Notes: generated by a model from the sequence alone, not told the origin. A DNA stretch of 64,000 nucleotides from Blastocatellia bacterium (GCA_963765495.1 CAVXWP010000008.1:672001-736000), one strand, 5' to 3'; shown: positions 8,835 to 18,776, numbered from the stretch's first letter. Numbers and translations: made by a program.

Positions 8835-10430
8835 TTGAGCATCACCGTCAAACAACCTTGTGATGCGGGAGCGATTTTATCTCCGAAGGCCAGCGCCCCC
8901 TGTTCACCTGCATCCGGGCCGTGGGTTCTGGCCGCGACTATTCTCGGCTCGAGCATGGCCTTTATCGATGGGACGGTTGTCAATGTAGCGCTCCCCGCGC
9001 TACAGGCAAATCTAAATGCGACGGCCGTTGACGTGCAATGGGTAGTTGAATCCTACGCACTTTTACTGGCTTCTCTGCTTCTGATCGGCGGTTCGCTTGG
9101 TGACATTTACGGGCGAAAGCGCGTATACGCGACAGGCGTATTTCTCTTCGCGGCGGCTTCAACCTGGTGCGGCTTTGCGCCAAATGTGAGCCAGTTGATT
9201 TTCGCGCGAGCGGTGCAGGGGATAGGCTCCGCGCTCGTAGTGCCGGGAAGCCTCGCTATAATCAGCGCTTCGTTCAGAGAGAAGGACAGGGGCCGCGCCA
9301 TAGGTACGTGGTCGGGCTTCACGGCCATCACGGCCGCTGCGGGGCCTGTGCTTGGCGGCTGGTTGATAGAGCATGCATCCTGGCGATGGGTATTCTTTAT
9401 CAACCTTCCTCTTGCCTTGATAGTCTTAATCATAACGTTCCGGCACGTGCCTGAGAGCCGGAATCCAAAGGCGACAGCGGGGCCGGATTGGGCCGGGGCA
9501 GGGCTTGCGGCCATCGGGCTCGGCGGATTGATTTATGGCCTTATCGAATCATCAAACAGAGGTTGGAAAGAACCCCTTGTGATTGCAACTCTCCTGATGG
9601 GGCTTCTGGTGCTGGCGTTATTTTTTGTGATCGAGGCGCGAAGGCGAGCGCCCCTTCTCCCTCTCGATCTGTTTCGCTCTCGCAATTTTTCCGGGGCAAA
9701 CCTGCTGACGCTTTTTCTTTATAGCGCATTGAACGGGGCGCTTTTCTTTCTTCCTTTGAATCTGATACAGGTGCAGGGCTACACGGCGACGAGTGCCGGG
9801 GCCGCCATGCTGCCGTTCATCCTCCTCATGTTTCTCTTGTCCAGGTGGTCGGGCGGGCTTGTGGGGCGAGTCGGCGCGAGGCTGCCTCTCGTAATCGGAC
9901 CTGTCATAACGGGAATCGGTTTCGCGCTCTTTGCCCTGCCGTCAATCGGCGGCAACTACTGGACAATGTGGTTTCCGGCGGTCGTCGTGATGGGGCTGGG
10001 AATGGCAATAAGCGTTGCGCCGCTTACGACGACGGTGATGAACGCGGTAGGTGAAGAACAGGCAGGGATCGCTTCGGGGGTGAATAACGCGGTCTCTCGC
10101 GTAGCGGCGGTCCTTGCAATCGCGGTGTTTGGCATTATTATGCTCGGGGCCTTCAACCATAATCTTGACAGGCGGTTGACGGCTTTCAATCTTACTCCCG
10201 AACTCAGACAGAAGCTCGAAGATCAACTTATAAGACTTGCGGCAGCCCGTGTCCCGGATGAAATAGATGCGGGAACAAAAACGGAGATCGAACGATCCAT
10301 AGACGAATCATTCGTAGCCGGGTTTCGGCTTGTTATGTTTGTGGCCTCCGGTCTGGCGCTTGCGAGCGCGGCCTGCTCGTTGTTGATAATAAGAGATAAG
10401 CCAGAGACAGTCCCAAAGCCAGACCTGTGA
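8835..10430 (+). CDS. MFS transporter, DHA2 (EmrB/QacA) family
   Basis: FIDGTVVNVALP, GSLGDIYGRKR motif A, WRWVFFINLP, about 14 TM segments. Confidence 0.9.
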   Translation: MSITVKQPCDAGAILSPKASAPCSPASGPWVLAATILGSSMAFIDGTVVNVALPALQANLNATAVDVQWVVESYALLLASLLLIGGSLGDIYGRKRVYATGVFLFAAASTWCGFAPNVSQLIFARAVQGIGSALVVPGSLAIISASFREKDRGRAIGTWSGFTAITAAAGPVLGGWLIEHASWRWVFFINLPLALIVLIITFRHVPESRNPKATAGPDWAGAGLAAIGLGGLIYGLIESSNRGWKEPLVIATLLMGLLVLALFFVIEARRRAPLLPLDLFRSRNFSGANLLTLFLYSALNGALFFLPLNLIQVQGYTATSAGAAMLPFILLMFLLSRWSGGLVGRVGARLPLVIGPVITGIGFALFALPSIGGNYWTMWFPAVVVMGLGMAISVAPLTTTVMNAVGEEQAGIASGVNNAVSRVAAVLAIAVFGIIMLGAFNHNLDRRLTAFNLTPELRQKLEDQLIRLAAARVPDEIDAGTKTEIERSIDESFVAGFRLVMFVASGLALASAACSLLIIRDKPETVPKPDL

Positions 10431-10441
10431 CAGAGGCGGAA

Positions 10442-11428
10442 TCAACCCCTGTCCACAAATTTGTACAGGGCTTCATTATATCGGTCGCCGGTTTTTGGAA
10501 AGGCGATCAGCAGTTCTTCGAGACGCCCGAAATCGGCGGTCGTTAATTCAACATCAACCGCACAGGCATTTTCCAACAGGTATTTTCTTCGCTTGGTTCC
10601 CGGAATCGGTATGATGTTTTCTCCCTGCGCCAGTACCCACGCCAGAGCCAGTTGCGCGGGAGTGCAGTCTTTCGTTTTTGCTATCTCAGCAAACCCCTCC
10701 GAAAGACGTTTGTTGTTCTCGGCATATTCGCCCTGATAACGCGGGAGTGATTTACGCATATCATTGGTTTCCAGAGAATTCACATCAACCGTATTGGTTA
10801 TCAGACCTCTAGCGAGCGGACTGAATGGAACAAAGGAGATGCCGAGCGACGCGCACAGCGGCAGTATCTCTTCTTCAACCTCTCTTGTCAGCAGAGAGTA
10901 TTCGCTCTGGAGCGCGCTTATGGGATGCACCGAATGAGCTTTGCGGATCGATGCAGGAGCAGCCTCCGATAACCCTATAAAACGCACCTTGCCCTCTCTT
11001 ACCAGATCGGCCATCGCACCGACCGTCTCTTCAATCGGAGTGTTCGGATCTATCCTATGCAGATAGTAGAGATCAATCACATCGGTTTGTAACCTTCTCA
11101 GGCTGCCTTCGACGGCGGTTTTCACATAGGCAGGTGAACCGTCTACACCTGAAAATGTGCCATCGGGGCCCGTCACAAAGCCAAATTTTGTAGCGATAAA
11201 AACCTTGCTGCGATTGGGCTTCAGCACTCTTGAAACCAGCGTTTCATTTCTACCACCGGCATACACATCGGCGGTGTCCCAAAAGTTGACGCCGATATCG
11301 AGAGCCTTTTCCATTGTGGCTAGAGACTCCTGATCATCAGGTTTACCATAACCATGATTCATGCCCATGCATCCGAGACCTATGGCTGAAAGCTTCTCTT
11401 CTGTATTTCCTAATCTTCTGAATTTCAT
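10442..11428 (-). CDS. Aldo/keto reductase
   Basis: GLGCMGM, DTADVY, IATKFG, IDLYYLHR, IGLSE, IPIPGT motifs. Confidence 0.93.
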   Translation of the reverse strand: MKFRRLGNTEEKLSAIGLGCMGMNHGYGKPDDQESLATMEKALDIGVNFWDTADVYAGGRNETLVSRVLKPNRSKVFIATKFGFVTGPDGTFSGVDGSPAYVKTAVEGSLRRLQTDVIDLYYLHRIDPNTPIEETVGAMADLVREGKVRFIGLSEAAPASIRKAHSVHPISALQSEYSLLTREVEEEILPLCASLGISFVPFSPLARGLITNTVDVNSLETNDMRKSLPRYQGEYAENNKRLSEGFAEIAKTKDCTPAQLALAWVLAQGENIIPIPGTKRRKYLLENACAVDVELTTADFGRLEELLIAFPKTGDRYNEALYKFVDRG

Positions 11429-11538
11429 GATTTTATTCTAAACCATTCCGACCATCATTCGGAATTTCGAAATTATGTTCCCAACCATTCTCGTGCTAAT
11501 ATGCGGGTAGATAATAGCCTCAAGGAGGGACGTCAGGC

Positions 11539-12465
11539 ATGGGTAATTCTTTATGGCCCGCGCTGCCACTGGCTGAGTGGCAGGATACGTATGCAACGCT
11601 GCACATGTGGACACAGATAGTCGGAAAGATTCGCCTGGCGCAAACGCCGCTCGTCAACCACTGGTGGAACGTGCCGCTGTATGTGACCGCGCGCGGGCTT
11701 ACGACTTCGGCAATGCCCTATAAAGATCGGTCCTTCGAAATTGATTTCGACTTCATAGACCATAGACTTCTCATCAAGAGCAATGACGGGGCTACGGAAA
11801 CTATCGCGCTGGTTCCCCGCTCCGTGGCCGATTTTTATAAAGAGGTCATGCAGAGACTGGGCAACCTGCAAATAGAGGTAAAGATATGGCCGGTTCCGGT
11901 TGAAGTAGAAAACCCGATCCCTTTCGAGCAGGATCATCAGAACGCCTCTTACGACCCCGAGTATGCAAACAGGTTCTGGCGCATTCTTGTGCGAACAGAT
12001 GAGGTGTTTACACGATTTCGCTCGCGATTCATAGGAAAATGCAGCCCCGTACATTTCTTCTGGGGGAGTTTTGATCTGGCCGTGACGCGATTCTCGGGGC
12101 GGCGAGCGCCTGAGCGCGAAGGGGTAGACCTGATCACGCGAGAAGCGTACTCGCACGAGGTGATCAGCCACGGCTTCTGGCCGGGCGTGCGCGGCTCAGG
12201 GTCGGCTGAACGCGATAACTCGGATGGCTTACTCCACGAACCGGCCTTTTACTCTTACACTGCTCCTGAGCCTGCCGGTCTAAATCGAGAGCCGGTCCGC
12301 CCCGGTGAGGCTTACTACAGCGAGACCATGAAAGAGTTTATCCTGACTTATAACGATGTCCGTAATGCGGCCTCACCCGAAACTGCATTGATGGAATTTC
12401 TCGAAAGCACATACGAAGCAGGGGCAAAACTCGCAAAATGGGACCGCGCAGAATTGGAGCAGTGA
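11539..12465 (+). CDS. DUF5996 family protein
   Basis: WPALPLAEWQDTYATLHMWTQIVGKIRL, NHWWNV, SPVHFFWGSFDLAVTRFSGR, EAYSHEVIS.GFWPG. Confidence 0.8.
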   Translation: MGNSLWPALPLAEWQDTYATLHMWTQIVGKIRLAQTPLVNHWWNVPLYVTARGLTTSAMPYKDRSFEIDFDFIDHRLLIKSNDGATETIALVPRSVADFYKEVMQRLGNLQIEVKIWPVPVEVENPIPFEQDHQNASYDPEYANRFWRILVRTDEVFTRFRSRFIGKCSPVHFFWGSFDLAVTRFSGRRAPEREGVDLITREAYSHEVISHGFWPGVRGSGSAERDNSDGLLHEPAFYSYTAPEPAGLNREPVRPGEAYYSETMKEFILTYNDVRNAASPETALMEFLESTYEAGAKLAKWDRAELEQ

Positions 12466-12532
12466 AAATAGAGAGCCCAATCACCCCGCAAGAGATCGGT
12501 GCATTTGAGCTTGGATGAAAGGCGGATCGGAA

Positions 12533-12632
12533 TAGGCCACGGATGAACGCGGATCGGGCGGATTTTCGCGGATCAGGTCAAATAATGTCTATTCCGTATT
12601 AATCCGTCGCATTCGCGCTCACCCGTGGCCTA
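12533..12632. repeat. ~100 bp imperfect palindromic element of inverted CGGAT-core tandem repeats (REP/MITE-like)
   Basis: CGGAT at 12540/12550/12559/12569, mirrored by ATCCG-like units at 12592/12602/12611/12621; ends TAGGCCACGG...CCGTGGCCTA; lies between convergent genes. Confidence 0.7.
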
Positions 12633-12652
12633 ATTTCATTTCCTTTCATGAA

Positions 12653-14389
12653 TCAGTCGGACGCTATCACATCCTGAACATATTTTTTGAAAGGCTCCGG
12701 GTATATTCTCTTTCGCTCTCGTTGCCGCTTGAGCATTTCTTCGAGTTCTTCCTGCACCTTTTTGAGTTCGGGAGATTTACGTGATCGCCTGGCCAGATTG
12801 TCCTCTTCGAGAGGGTCCTCGGTGACGTTGTACATCTCGAATTCAGGTTTAACAGGTTTGGTCTTTGTGATGGTCTTGCCCTTGACGGTCACAGTGTCGG
12901 ACTGAAACGGGGAGGACCAGAACTGTGGATTGTCAAAGTAGCGGGTATACTTCCAGAGTTGCCCGCCTTCGGCTGTCGGAAGAACAGCAAAGACCGATTC
13001 TAAATGGTCCGGCTCGATGACCGCATCATAAGGCTTCCCGGTGAGCGGGTTTGTCTGGTTCAAACCCTTACTCGGCTCGTCATCAGTCATGAAATAAAGC
13101 GGCGCGCCGTTACGGTCGGCACCTGCTTTGCCCGTGACAACAGGTGAGAGGTCACGCCCTACAAGGCGTCTGACCTCGTTATGATCGTCTCTCAATATCT
13201 TCTGAACCCTCTTGAGGTCGATTCCGGCAAGTCCCAAAAGCGTCGGTATAACATCCACATGACTGGTTAACATCTCAGTGGACCGAGGCTCTTTAAAAAG
13301 TAAGGGATTAGAGATTATCAACGGTACGTGTACCGCCTCTTCGTATGCGGAATGCCATTTCTGGTGCATATTGCCGTGAGCGCCCAGCATCTCGCCATGA
13401 TCAGAGGTAAAAATCACAATCGTGTTTTCATAGAAATCAGAGTTTTGCAGCCTCTTGAAAACTGTCGAGATGTGGCGATCCACTTCCTTTTGGAGGTAGT
13501 AGTAAAACTGGCGATAAATCTCGACGGTAGGCTGCGGCATGAGCATTTTAGGATAAGTGTCAACATAGCTCTGCTGACAGCGAGGCTTGGTGTCAAGCTT
13601 TTCACCTTCGGTAGGCGGAGGCGGGATATCGGGGACAACTCCCCTTGTGTAGGGATATCCAAATCTCTCCCATGCCAGCCCGAACAGGACGAGGTCATGA
13701 GGGTTGACGAATGAGTTGACGATGAGCCAGGGGCTCGCTTCCGGCCCGGCTTTCTTATGCTCGGCTTCGAGTTCGTCAAGAACTTGTAAGGTCTGTTTTG
13801 CAAACCCCGGGTCACGGTTTGTCCCGCAGTTTTGCTGTAAGTTCCCGTGCGGCTCGGGGCCTATCCATCCGGTGAATCCATAATCATTAAGCCGGTTGGC
13901 GCTTAGATAGAGGTCTATGATGCGCGGGACCGGCCGGGGAACTATCTTTCCGTTCTTGCCTGTAAACACTTCATAGCTTTCAAGCGCGTCATGACTTCCC
14001 GGAAGAATGATGTCGGCGTGTGAGACGTGCCACTTTCCTTTATAGAAGGTGCGATACCCGGCGGCGCGGAAGTAATCCCCCATCGTGGGCACGCTGCTGG
14101 CGTCCAGCCAGAATACGTCCGGGTCAAAGGAACCCTTGGCAGCGCCGGTCGTCTGAGAGACCCCATGCAGCGAAGGATACTGGCCCGTATAAAACGAGGC
14201 CCGACTTGGGGAACAGGCTGTAGCAGCGGCATAATGCCTGTGAAACTCTATCCCCTCCTTGCGCATGGCCTCTTGCGCCTTAAGGTTCTTTTTGCGAAAT
14301 GCTTTTACGGCCTCAGTCTCATAGACCGGGGGGTAACGCTCTTCATCTACCATGAAAATCAGAAAGTTCGGCTTCTTACCCTTAAGCAT
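12653..14389 (-). CDS. Sulfatase family protein (Cys-type, no signal peptide)
   Basis: KPNFLIFMVDEER, CSPSRASFYTG formylglycine motif, GKWH, NPHD, FTSDHG; AGGAGG RBS. Confidence 0.9.
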   Translation of the reverse strand: MLKGKKPNFLIFMVDEERYPPVYETEAVKAFRKKNLKAQEAMRKEGIEFHRHYAAATACSPSRASFYTGQYPSLHGVSQTTGAAKGSFDPDVFWLDASSVPTMGDYFRAAGYRTFYKGKWHVSHADIILPGSHDALESYEVFTGKNGKIVPRPVPRIIDLYLSANRLNDYGFTGWIGPEPHGNLQQNCGTNRDPGFAKQTLQVLDELEAEHKKAGPEASPWLIVNSFVNPHDLVLFGLAWERFGYPYTRGVVPDIPPPPTEGEKLDTKPRCQQSYVDTYPKMLMPQPTVEIYRQFYYYLQKEVDRHISTVFKRLQNSDFYENTIVIFTSDHGEMLGAHGNMHQKWHSAYEEAVHVPLIISNPLLFKEPRSTEMLTSHVDVIPTLLGLAGIDLKRVQKILRDDHNEVRRLVGRDLSPVVTGKAGADRNGAPLYFMTDDEPSKGLNQTNPLTGKPYDAVIEPDHLESVFAVLPTAEGGQLWKYTRYFDNPQFWSSPFQSDTVTVKGKTITKTKPVKPEFEMYNVTEDPLEEDNLARRSRKSPELKKVQEELEEMLKRQRERKRIYPEPFKKYVQDVIASD

Positions 14390-14681
14390 TCTTATCTATC
14401 CTCCTTTTGCATATGAAATGTAATCCAAACAACGGAGGCATTCTATAATGAAACAATAATTACTTCAAATCACATTTTTTTCAGCACGGATAAAGAGGCA
14501 GAGAGAGCCATACGCCAATGTGCATCAGGGGCAATGCACCACACGTTTGTACTCATCGCAGGCGGGGGAAATAACCAGAAGACTTAAAATCCAGTATATT
14601 TTAATTCTGAAGGAAGGCTCGCAGGGCGCGGGAATATAGAAGAGAAGAGGTATATGCCAGACCAGCGCGACAGACTAAATA

Positions 14682-15687
14682 GATGATCCGATAAATAAAA
14701 AATGAAGCGTGCTTGGGCGGCCCACCGTCAGATGGGCACACTTCACCCTTTGCAGTCTGCTTACATAAGGATTCGGTTGAGATGTACCAATCCGACTACT
14801 GCCGACGCTACCATCGGGAACAACCCCATTGCCAGCCGATACTTCTCTCTCATGATCTTGAATCCTTTCACTCTTCTTATGCCGTGTTCTACATGTACCC
14901 TCACTCGCGCCTTCGCTCGATTCTCCTCTCGCTCATCATCACTTAGCTCACCTCCTTTCGGCTTCTTGTGTGGTACTTCGATTCCCTCTGTGCCCTGATA
15001 TCCCAAATCCCCTTGCTTGCTCGCTTCTCGATATTTCTCCCCCACTCCACTGGCTTCATATACTCGCTTATCCGATGCTGGCCCGCGATGCCCTCCACTG
15101 ATACCCAGCACTTCTCCCTTTCGATCACTCTCTACTTGGCTCTTGAGCGTGTGGCATTTCTTTTTACCAGAATATACCCGTTTTTGACGTTCATAATTGG
15201 AGGGGCGGGGTATTGGCGTCTCAAAACTGTCGATGAGAATTCGGTCAATCTCTTGGATTTTGAGGCTCGGTTCCTGACCTCGAAACCTCTTCTGTGCCTC
15301 AAAGCGATTGGAGGGAAAGAGTTCTCTGAGCAAGGGGACAATCTCGTGAAAGAGATTCTCGGAGGTGTCGGCGCTAACACCAAACAACGCTGCGACAACG
15401 CGCGTGAGCGAGGTTGTGACGCAGGTAGATGAGAACGAGCAAGACCTCCTGAGAAGGAGTGAGTTTGGGTTTTCTACCGCCACCGAGAGCGCGTTTGCGA
15501 TCAGGGCGAAGAAGTTTGGCCTGTTGACGGAGATGAACCAAGACCGGCACGGTAGTAGACAACAATTGTTGAAGGGCGTTTGTCGTCATGCGGGTCAAGG
15601 CGCGGAGTCTTGCAGGTTTGAGATTGTTGATTTGTTCGATTGTCATGCGAATAGTTTACCAAAGTCCTTCTTATTCCTCGGATCATC
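14682..15687 (-). mobile_element. IS5 family (ISL2-like) insertion sequence, ~1.0 kb
   Basis: Terminal inverted repeats GATGATCCGA(TA/GG)AATAA at 14682-14698 and 15671-15687, each flanked by TA (probable target duplication); DDE transposase inside. Confidence 0.82.
14761..15646 (-). pseudogene. Transposase (HTH + DDE_Tnp_4-type), split by a one-base frameshift near 15400
   Basis: N-terminal ORF 15374-15646 (GGGRKPKL...[10 protein letters not shown]) continues in another frame as VVAALFGVS...IDSFE...YSGKKK.HTLK...DLGYQG...RVHVEHGIRRVK. Confidence 0.8.
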
Positions 15688-15688
15688 T

Positions 15689-15751
<63 letters not shown>

Positions 15752-15791
15752 TAAGAAAAAGCGAAGGGCTGCCCTGAGGGTGGCCCTTCGC
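15752..15791 (-). terminator. Rho-independent terminator of the GNAT gene
   Basis: Minus strand GCGAAGGGCCACCCTCAGGGCAGCCCTTCGC followed by TTTTTCTTA. Confidence 0.75.
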
Positions 15792-15829
15792 CCCTGTTGA
15801 GTCAACATGAAATGATCTGAAATATTGGG

Positions 15830-16438
15830 CTAAATGCTGCTCGCCCGCCGTCGCCAGGATGCCGCTGAGGCTGAAAAGGCATCTCTCGATTTTGCGACCT
15901 CCTGCTCTGCTTCCAATATAGCCTGTTCGGACCTTGGCGCTCGCTCATCCCTTACAAGGGCTCGGCTGCGCCCATACTCTGACAGAAAGTCGAGATTGCC
16001 CGGCACAAACGCAAGCCATTTTGACATCAGTGATTGCCCGGCTCGCTCGGCGTTGAACAACAACCAGGTGAATTCGAATCGGCCCGGGACGACAAAGCTG
16101 TGATGAGCCTCAAGCATCATTGCCAGCGGCACATTTATTCCTCTAAACGGCTTGAGTACGGCAAGCTGGGTATAACGCGCCACACGTGCATCGGGGTCAA
16201 ATGCCATTCCGAAACTTTCGTGCAGGGCCTGATTACCACTCGTATCCACTACGCTGAGCGCAGCAACGGCGTCCCCCTTACGTCCCGCTCGGGCAAGCAG
16301 GTGCAGGTGGTTCGGGTTTTCGAGCGCGCTCAGATAAGTGACCGATATACCCATCTCCCGCTCGAATACCTGCTGCCGTATGCGCATGATCGCTTCTTCA
16401 TCATCAATGGTCGTGGCTCTTTCAATTACTATTTCCAT
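15830..16438 (-). CDS. GNAT-fold acyltransferase (FeeM/LuxI-like N-terminus)
   Basis: RIRQQVFEREMG, HLLAR...VAALSVV, RYTQLAVLKPFRG motif A; AGGAG RBS. Confidence 0.65.
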   Translation of the reverse strand: MEIVIERATTIDDEEAIMRIRQQVFEREMGISVTYLSALENPNHLHLLARAGRKGDAVAALSVVDTSGNQALHESFGMAFDPDARVARYTQLAVLKPFRGINVPLAMMLEAHHSFVVPGRFEFTWLLFNAERAGQSLMSKWLAFVPGNLDFLSEYGRSRALVRDERAPRSEQAILEAEQEVAKSRDAFSASAASWRRRASSI

Positions 16439-17231
16439 AAGAATCTCTCCTGAAAGCGAAAAGAAATGCGGGCCAGCTACGATCCATGCAATCCTCGTTT
16501 CACTTCAATATGTAAAACTATTCTTTTTATTTCATCCTCGATCCTTTGGTCTCTGGAGCCTGAGCCTCAGGTCGGATTTGCCTTCCCCCCGTGTAGCAAA
16601 CCTGTATGCTATACCCTTCCAAGGCCCGGAAGCCAGCCATATTGGGAGCCGGCTCCCGATTTCCTGACCGCCGATCAGGGTTCTTTGTCACATCGGGTAG
16701 TGACACAAAGCACTGATTCTCCATCTCTGAGGGTGTATTCTCGCATCAGGGTTCCAGAAATGGGGCCGGTCTCCATCGGATTGATCCCTTCACAGCAGAT
16801 AGGAGCAATGGGAGGCTGGTCTCTCTGAATGGTTCGTTTGACTCCTTCACTCTCCTTGCGGAGTCCGGTCCCAGTCTGGGGCTGACAGCCTGTGATCTCA
16901 CTCTCTACTTTGAGGCTGTCAGCCACTTCCCCGTTATTTCTCTGTCTGCCAATTGGGTATATCTTCGCAATCTTCTGCGGAAAAATTCTCGACACGTGCT
17001 CCGGTCAAAGGCTGACCCGGAATAACTCTTAACACCTGACCTGCAAGCGCGTACACCCATCAAGTGATTTGTTTTCAATGAGAAACAGACACTCCGAGCA
17101 GACGTCTACGCAATTTGACCACCCCCAATAACTTTGTGAACGAGAATTGCGACAGGTTATTGAGCCGGACAGATTATAACGCTTTGCCTCAGAAAGTATC
17201 ATCAGTTCGGCCAAACGAGGGGTACAAGAAA

Positions 17232-18776
17232 ATGGCAACCTTGAGAAATTCGATTCAATCCGACGGACCGTTTCCAGCAGACCGAAAACCGGCAGATGAG
17301 ATGGGCGCGAAGAATGAAGCCTCGGTCATTGACCGTGTATTCCACATGCTCAGTTCGGTGCGCTTCGGTCTCATAATGCTGATGTTGCTGCTGGTCTGCT
17401 GCATAATCGGTATGATCATAGTGCAACAAAACGTGCAGGGCTTTCGCGAATACTACGAGAGCCTTACTCCTTCTCAGAGGCTCCTTTACAGCAAACTCGA
17501 TTTTTTTGATATTTATCATTCCTGGTATTTCACACTGCTGCTTGCTGTCACAGCCCTGAATATTATTCTCTCTTCCATAGACCGATTCCCCACCGCCTGG
17601 CGATATTTTCGCGACCCCAAATTGCTGGCTTCGCCTCAGTTCATCCGCGCACAGATGTTTAGCAGTACTACGCAGATGAATGACTCTTCTGAGAGAGTCG
17701 CCGAAAGCGTTGCAAAAGTCTGGTCGGGACGCGGGCTGCGCGCTCGCATAAACCGGGATGGTGATCGGATAACGGTATTTGCACAGCGAAATCTGTGGAA
17801 TCGGCTGGGGGCATACTTCGTACACGTAGCCCTGCTGACGATCTTCGTAGGAGGTTTCCTAACGAGCCGCTACGGAGTAGGCGGCGTAATGGAAATAGCA
17901 CCGGGGCAGAGCATCAATTCTTTCACAAAGTTTGCGACCGAAATCGAAGGCGAACAGGCGAGTAATGTCCAACTGCCCTTCACTGTAGAATGTACCGACC
18001 TTCAGCAGCAATTGATAAAACCCGAAGCCGGGCTGGACGTGATGAATACGATTGATTGGCTCAGCTTCGTCAAGATACGAGACGGGGCGACCGAAGAGGC
18101 AGCCCTTGTCCACCTGAACGCACCATTCGATTACCGGGGCTATCGATTCTTTCAATCGAGCTTCGAGCCTCGCGGCAACGCCAGACAGATTACCGTGCGC
18201 TTCGAGCCAGTGGGAGGCGGGCAGCCGCGAGAGGTCACAATTGAGCGGAACTCAACGGCTGATGTTGAAGGCATAGGGCAAATCGCCTACACCAATTTTT
18301 ACCCCGATTTCACGATGATCGGGGGGAAGCCCGCCACGCAAAGCGACGATTACTCAAATCCCGTGGCCGAACTTCGCATCACCGCGCCTGACGGCAAAGA
18401 GCGCAAAGCGCTGGCTTTCAACAATGAGATGGCCAGTCAGAGACCCAAGACAGGCAATCAGCAAAAAGAGAGCGCCTGGCTTTTGCCCGATGCCAGCCTG
18501 ATCTTGAAGGATTTCGAAAAGGTCGCCACATCGCATACTCTGACGGTTCAATATGACCCTGGAAGACTTCCAGTTTATACAGGGTTCGTACTGCTTTTTA
18601 TTTCATTGTGCGGCGTCTTTTTCTTTTCCCACCAGCGCGTATGGGCCGTCATCGTGCCCGATGGAAACTCCGCGAAGATTTTCTTCGGGGGCAACACCAA
18701 TCGTAATCGGCCCGCCTTTGAAGGACGTTTCAACTCACTCGTTCAATCTGTTATCGCAGGAAGGAGCAACCGATGA
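17232..18776 (+). CDS. ccsB: Cytochrome c biogenesis protein ResB/CcsB (system II)
   Basis: LSSVRFGLIML...IGMIIVQQ, DIYHSWYF, GAYFVHVALL (conserved His), VHLNAPFDYRGYRFFQSSF, YDPG and HQRVW. Confidence 0.9.
   Translation: MATLRNSIQSDGPFPADRKPADEMGAKNEASVIDRVFHMLSSVRFGLIMLMLLLVCCIIGMIIVQQNVQGFREYYESLTPSQRLLYSKLDFFDIYHSWYFTLLLAVTALNIILSSIDRFPTAWRYFRDPKLLASPQFIRAQMFSSTTQMNDSSERVAESVAKVWSGRGLRARINRDGDRITVFAQRNLWNRLGAYFVHVALLTIFVGGFLTSRYGVGGVMEIAPGQSINSFTKFATEIEGEQASNVQLPFTVECTDLQQQLIKPEAGLDVMNTIDWLSFVKIRDGATEEAALVHLNAPFDYRGYRFFQSSFEPRGNARQITVRFEPVGGGQPREVTIERNSTADVEGIGQIAYTNFYPDFTMIGGKPATQSDDYSNPVAELRITAPDGKERKALAFNNEMASQRPKTGNQQKESAWLLPDASLILKDFEKVATSHTLTVQYDPGRLPVYTGFVLLFISLCGVFFFSHQRVWAVIVPDGNSAKIFFGGNTNRNRPAFEGRFNSLVQSVIAGRSNR

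Noticed and set aside
12533-12632. Possible CRISPR array in the short repeat regions (also 39734, 44421, 49228)
   Set aside because: Units are 7-10 nt, tandem and inverted, with no unique 30-40 nt spacers and no cas genes
14400-14679. Possible continuation of the group II intron beyond the IS
   Set aside because: No domain V/VI or RT sequence is recognisable; a CTGAAGGAAG look-alike is on the wrong strand
16527-16995. Small ORFs (65-120 aa) in the GNAT-ccsB intergenic region
   Set aside because: Mutually overlapping, no convincing RBS or family motifs
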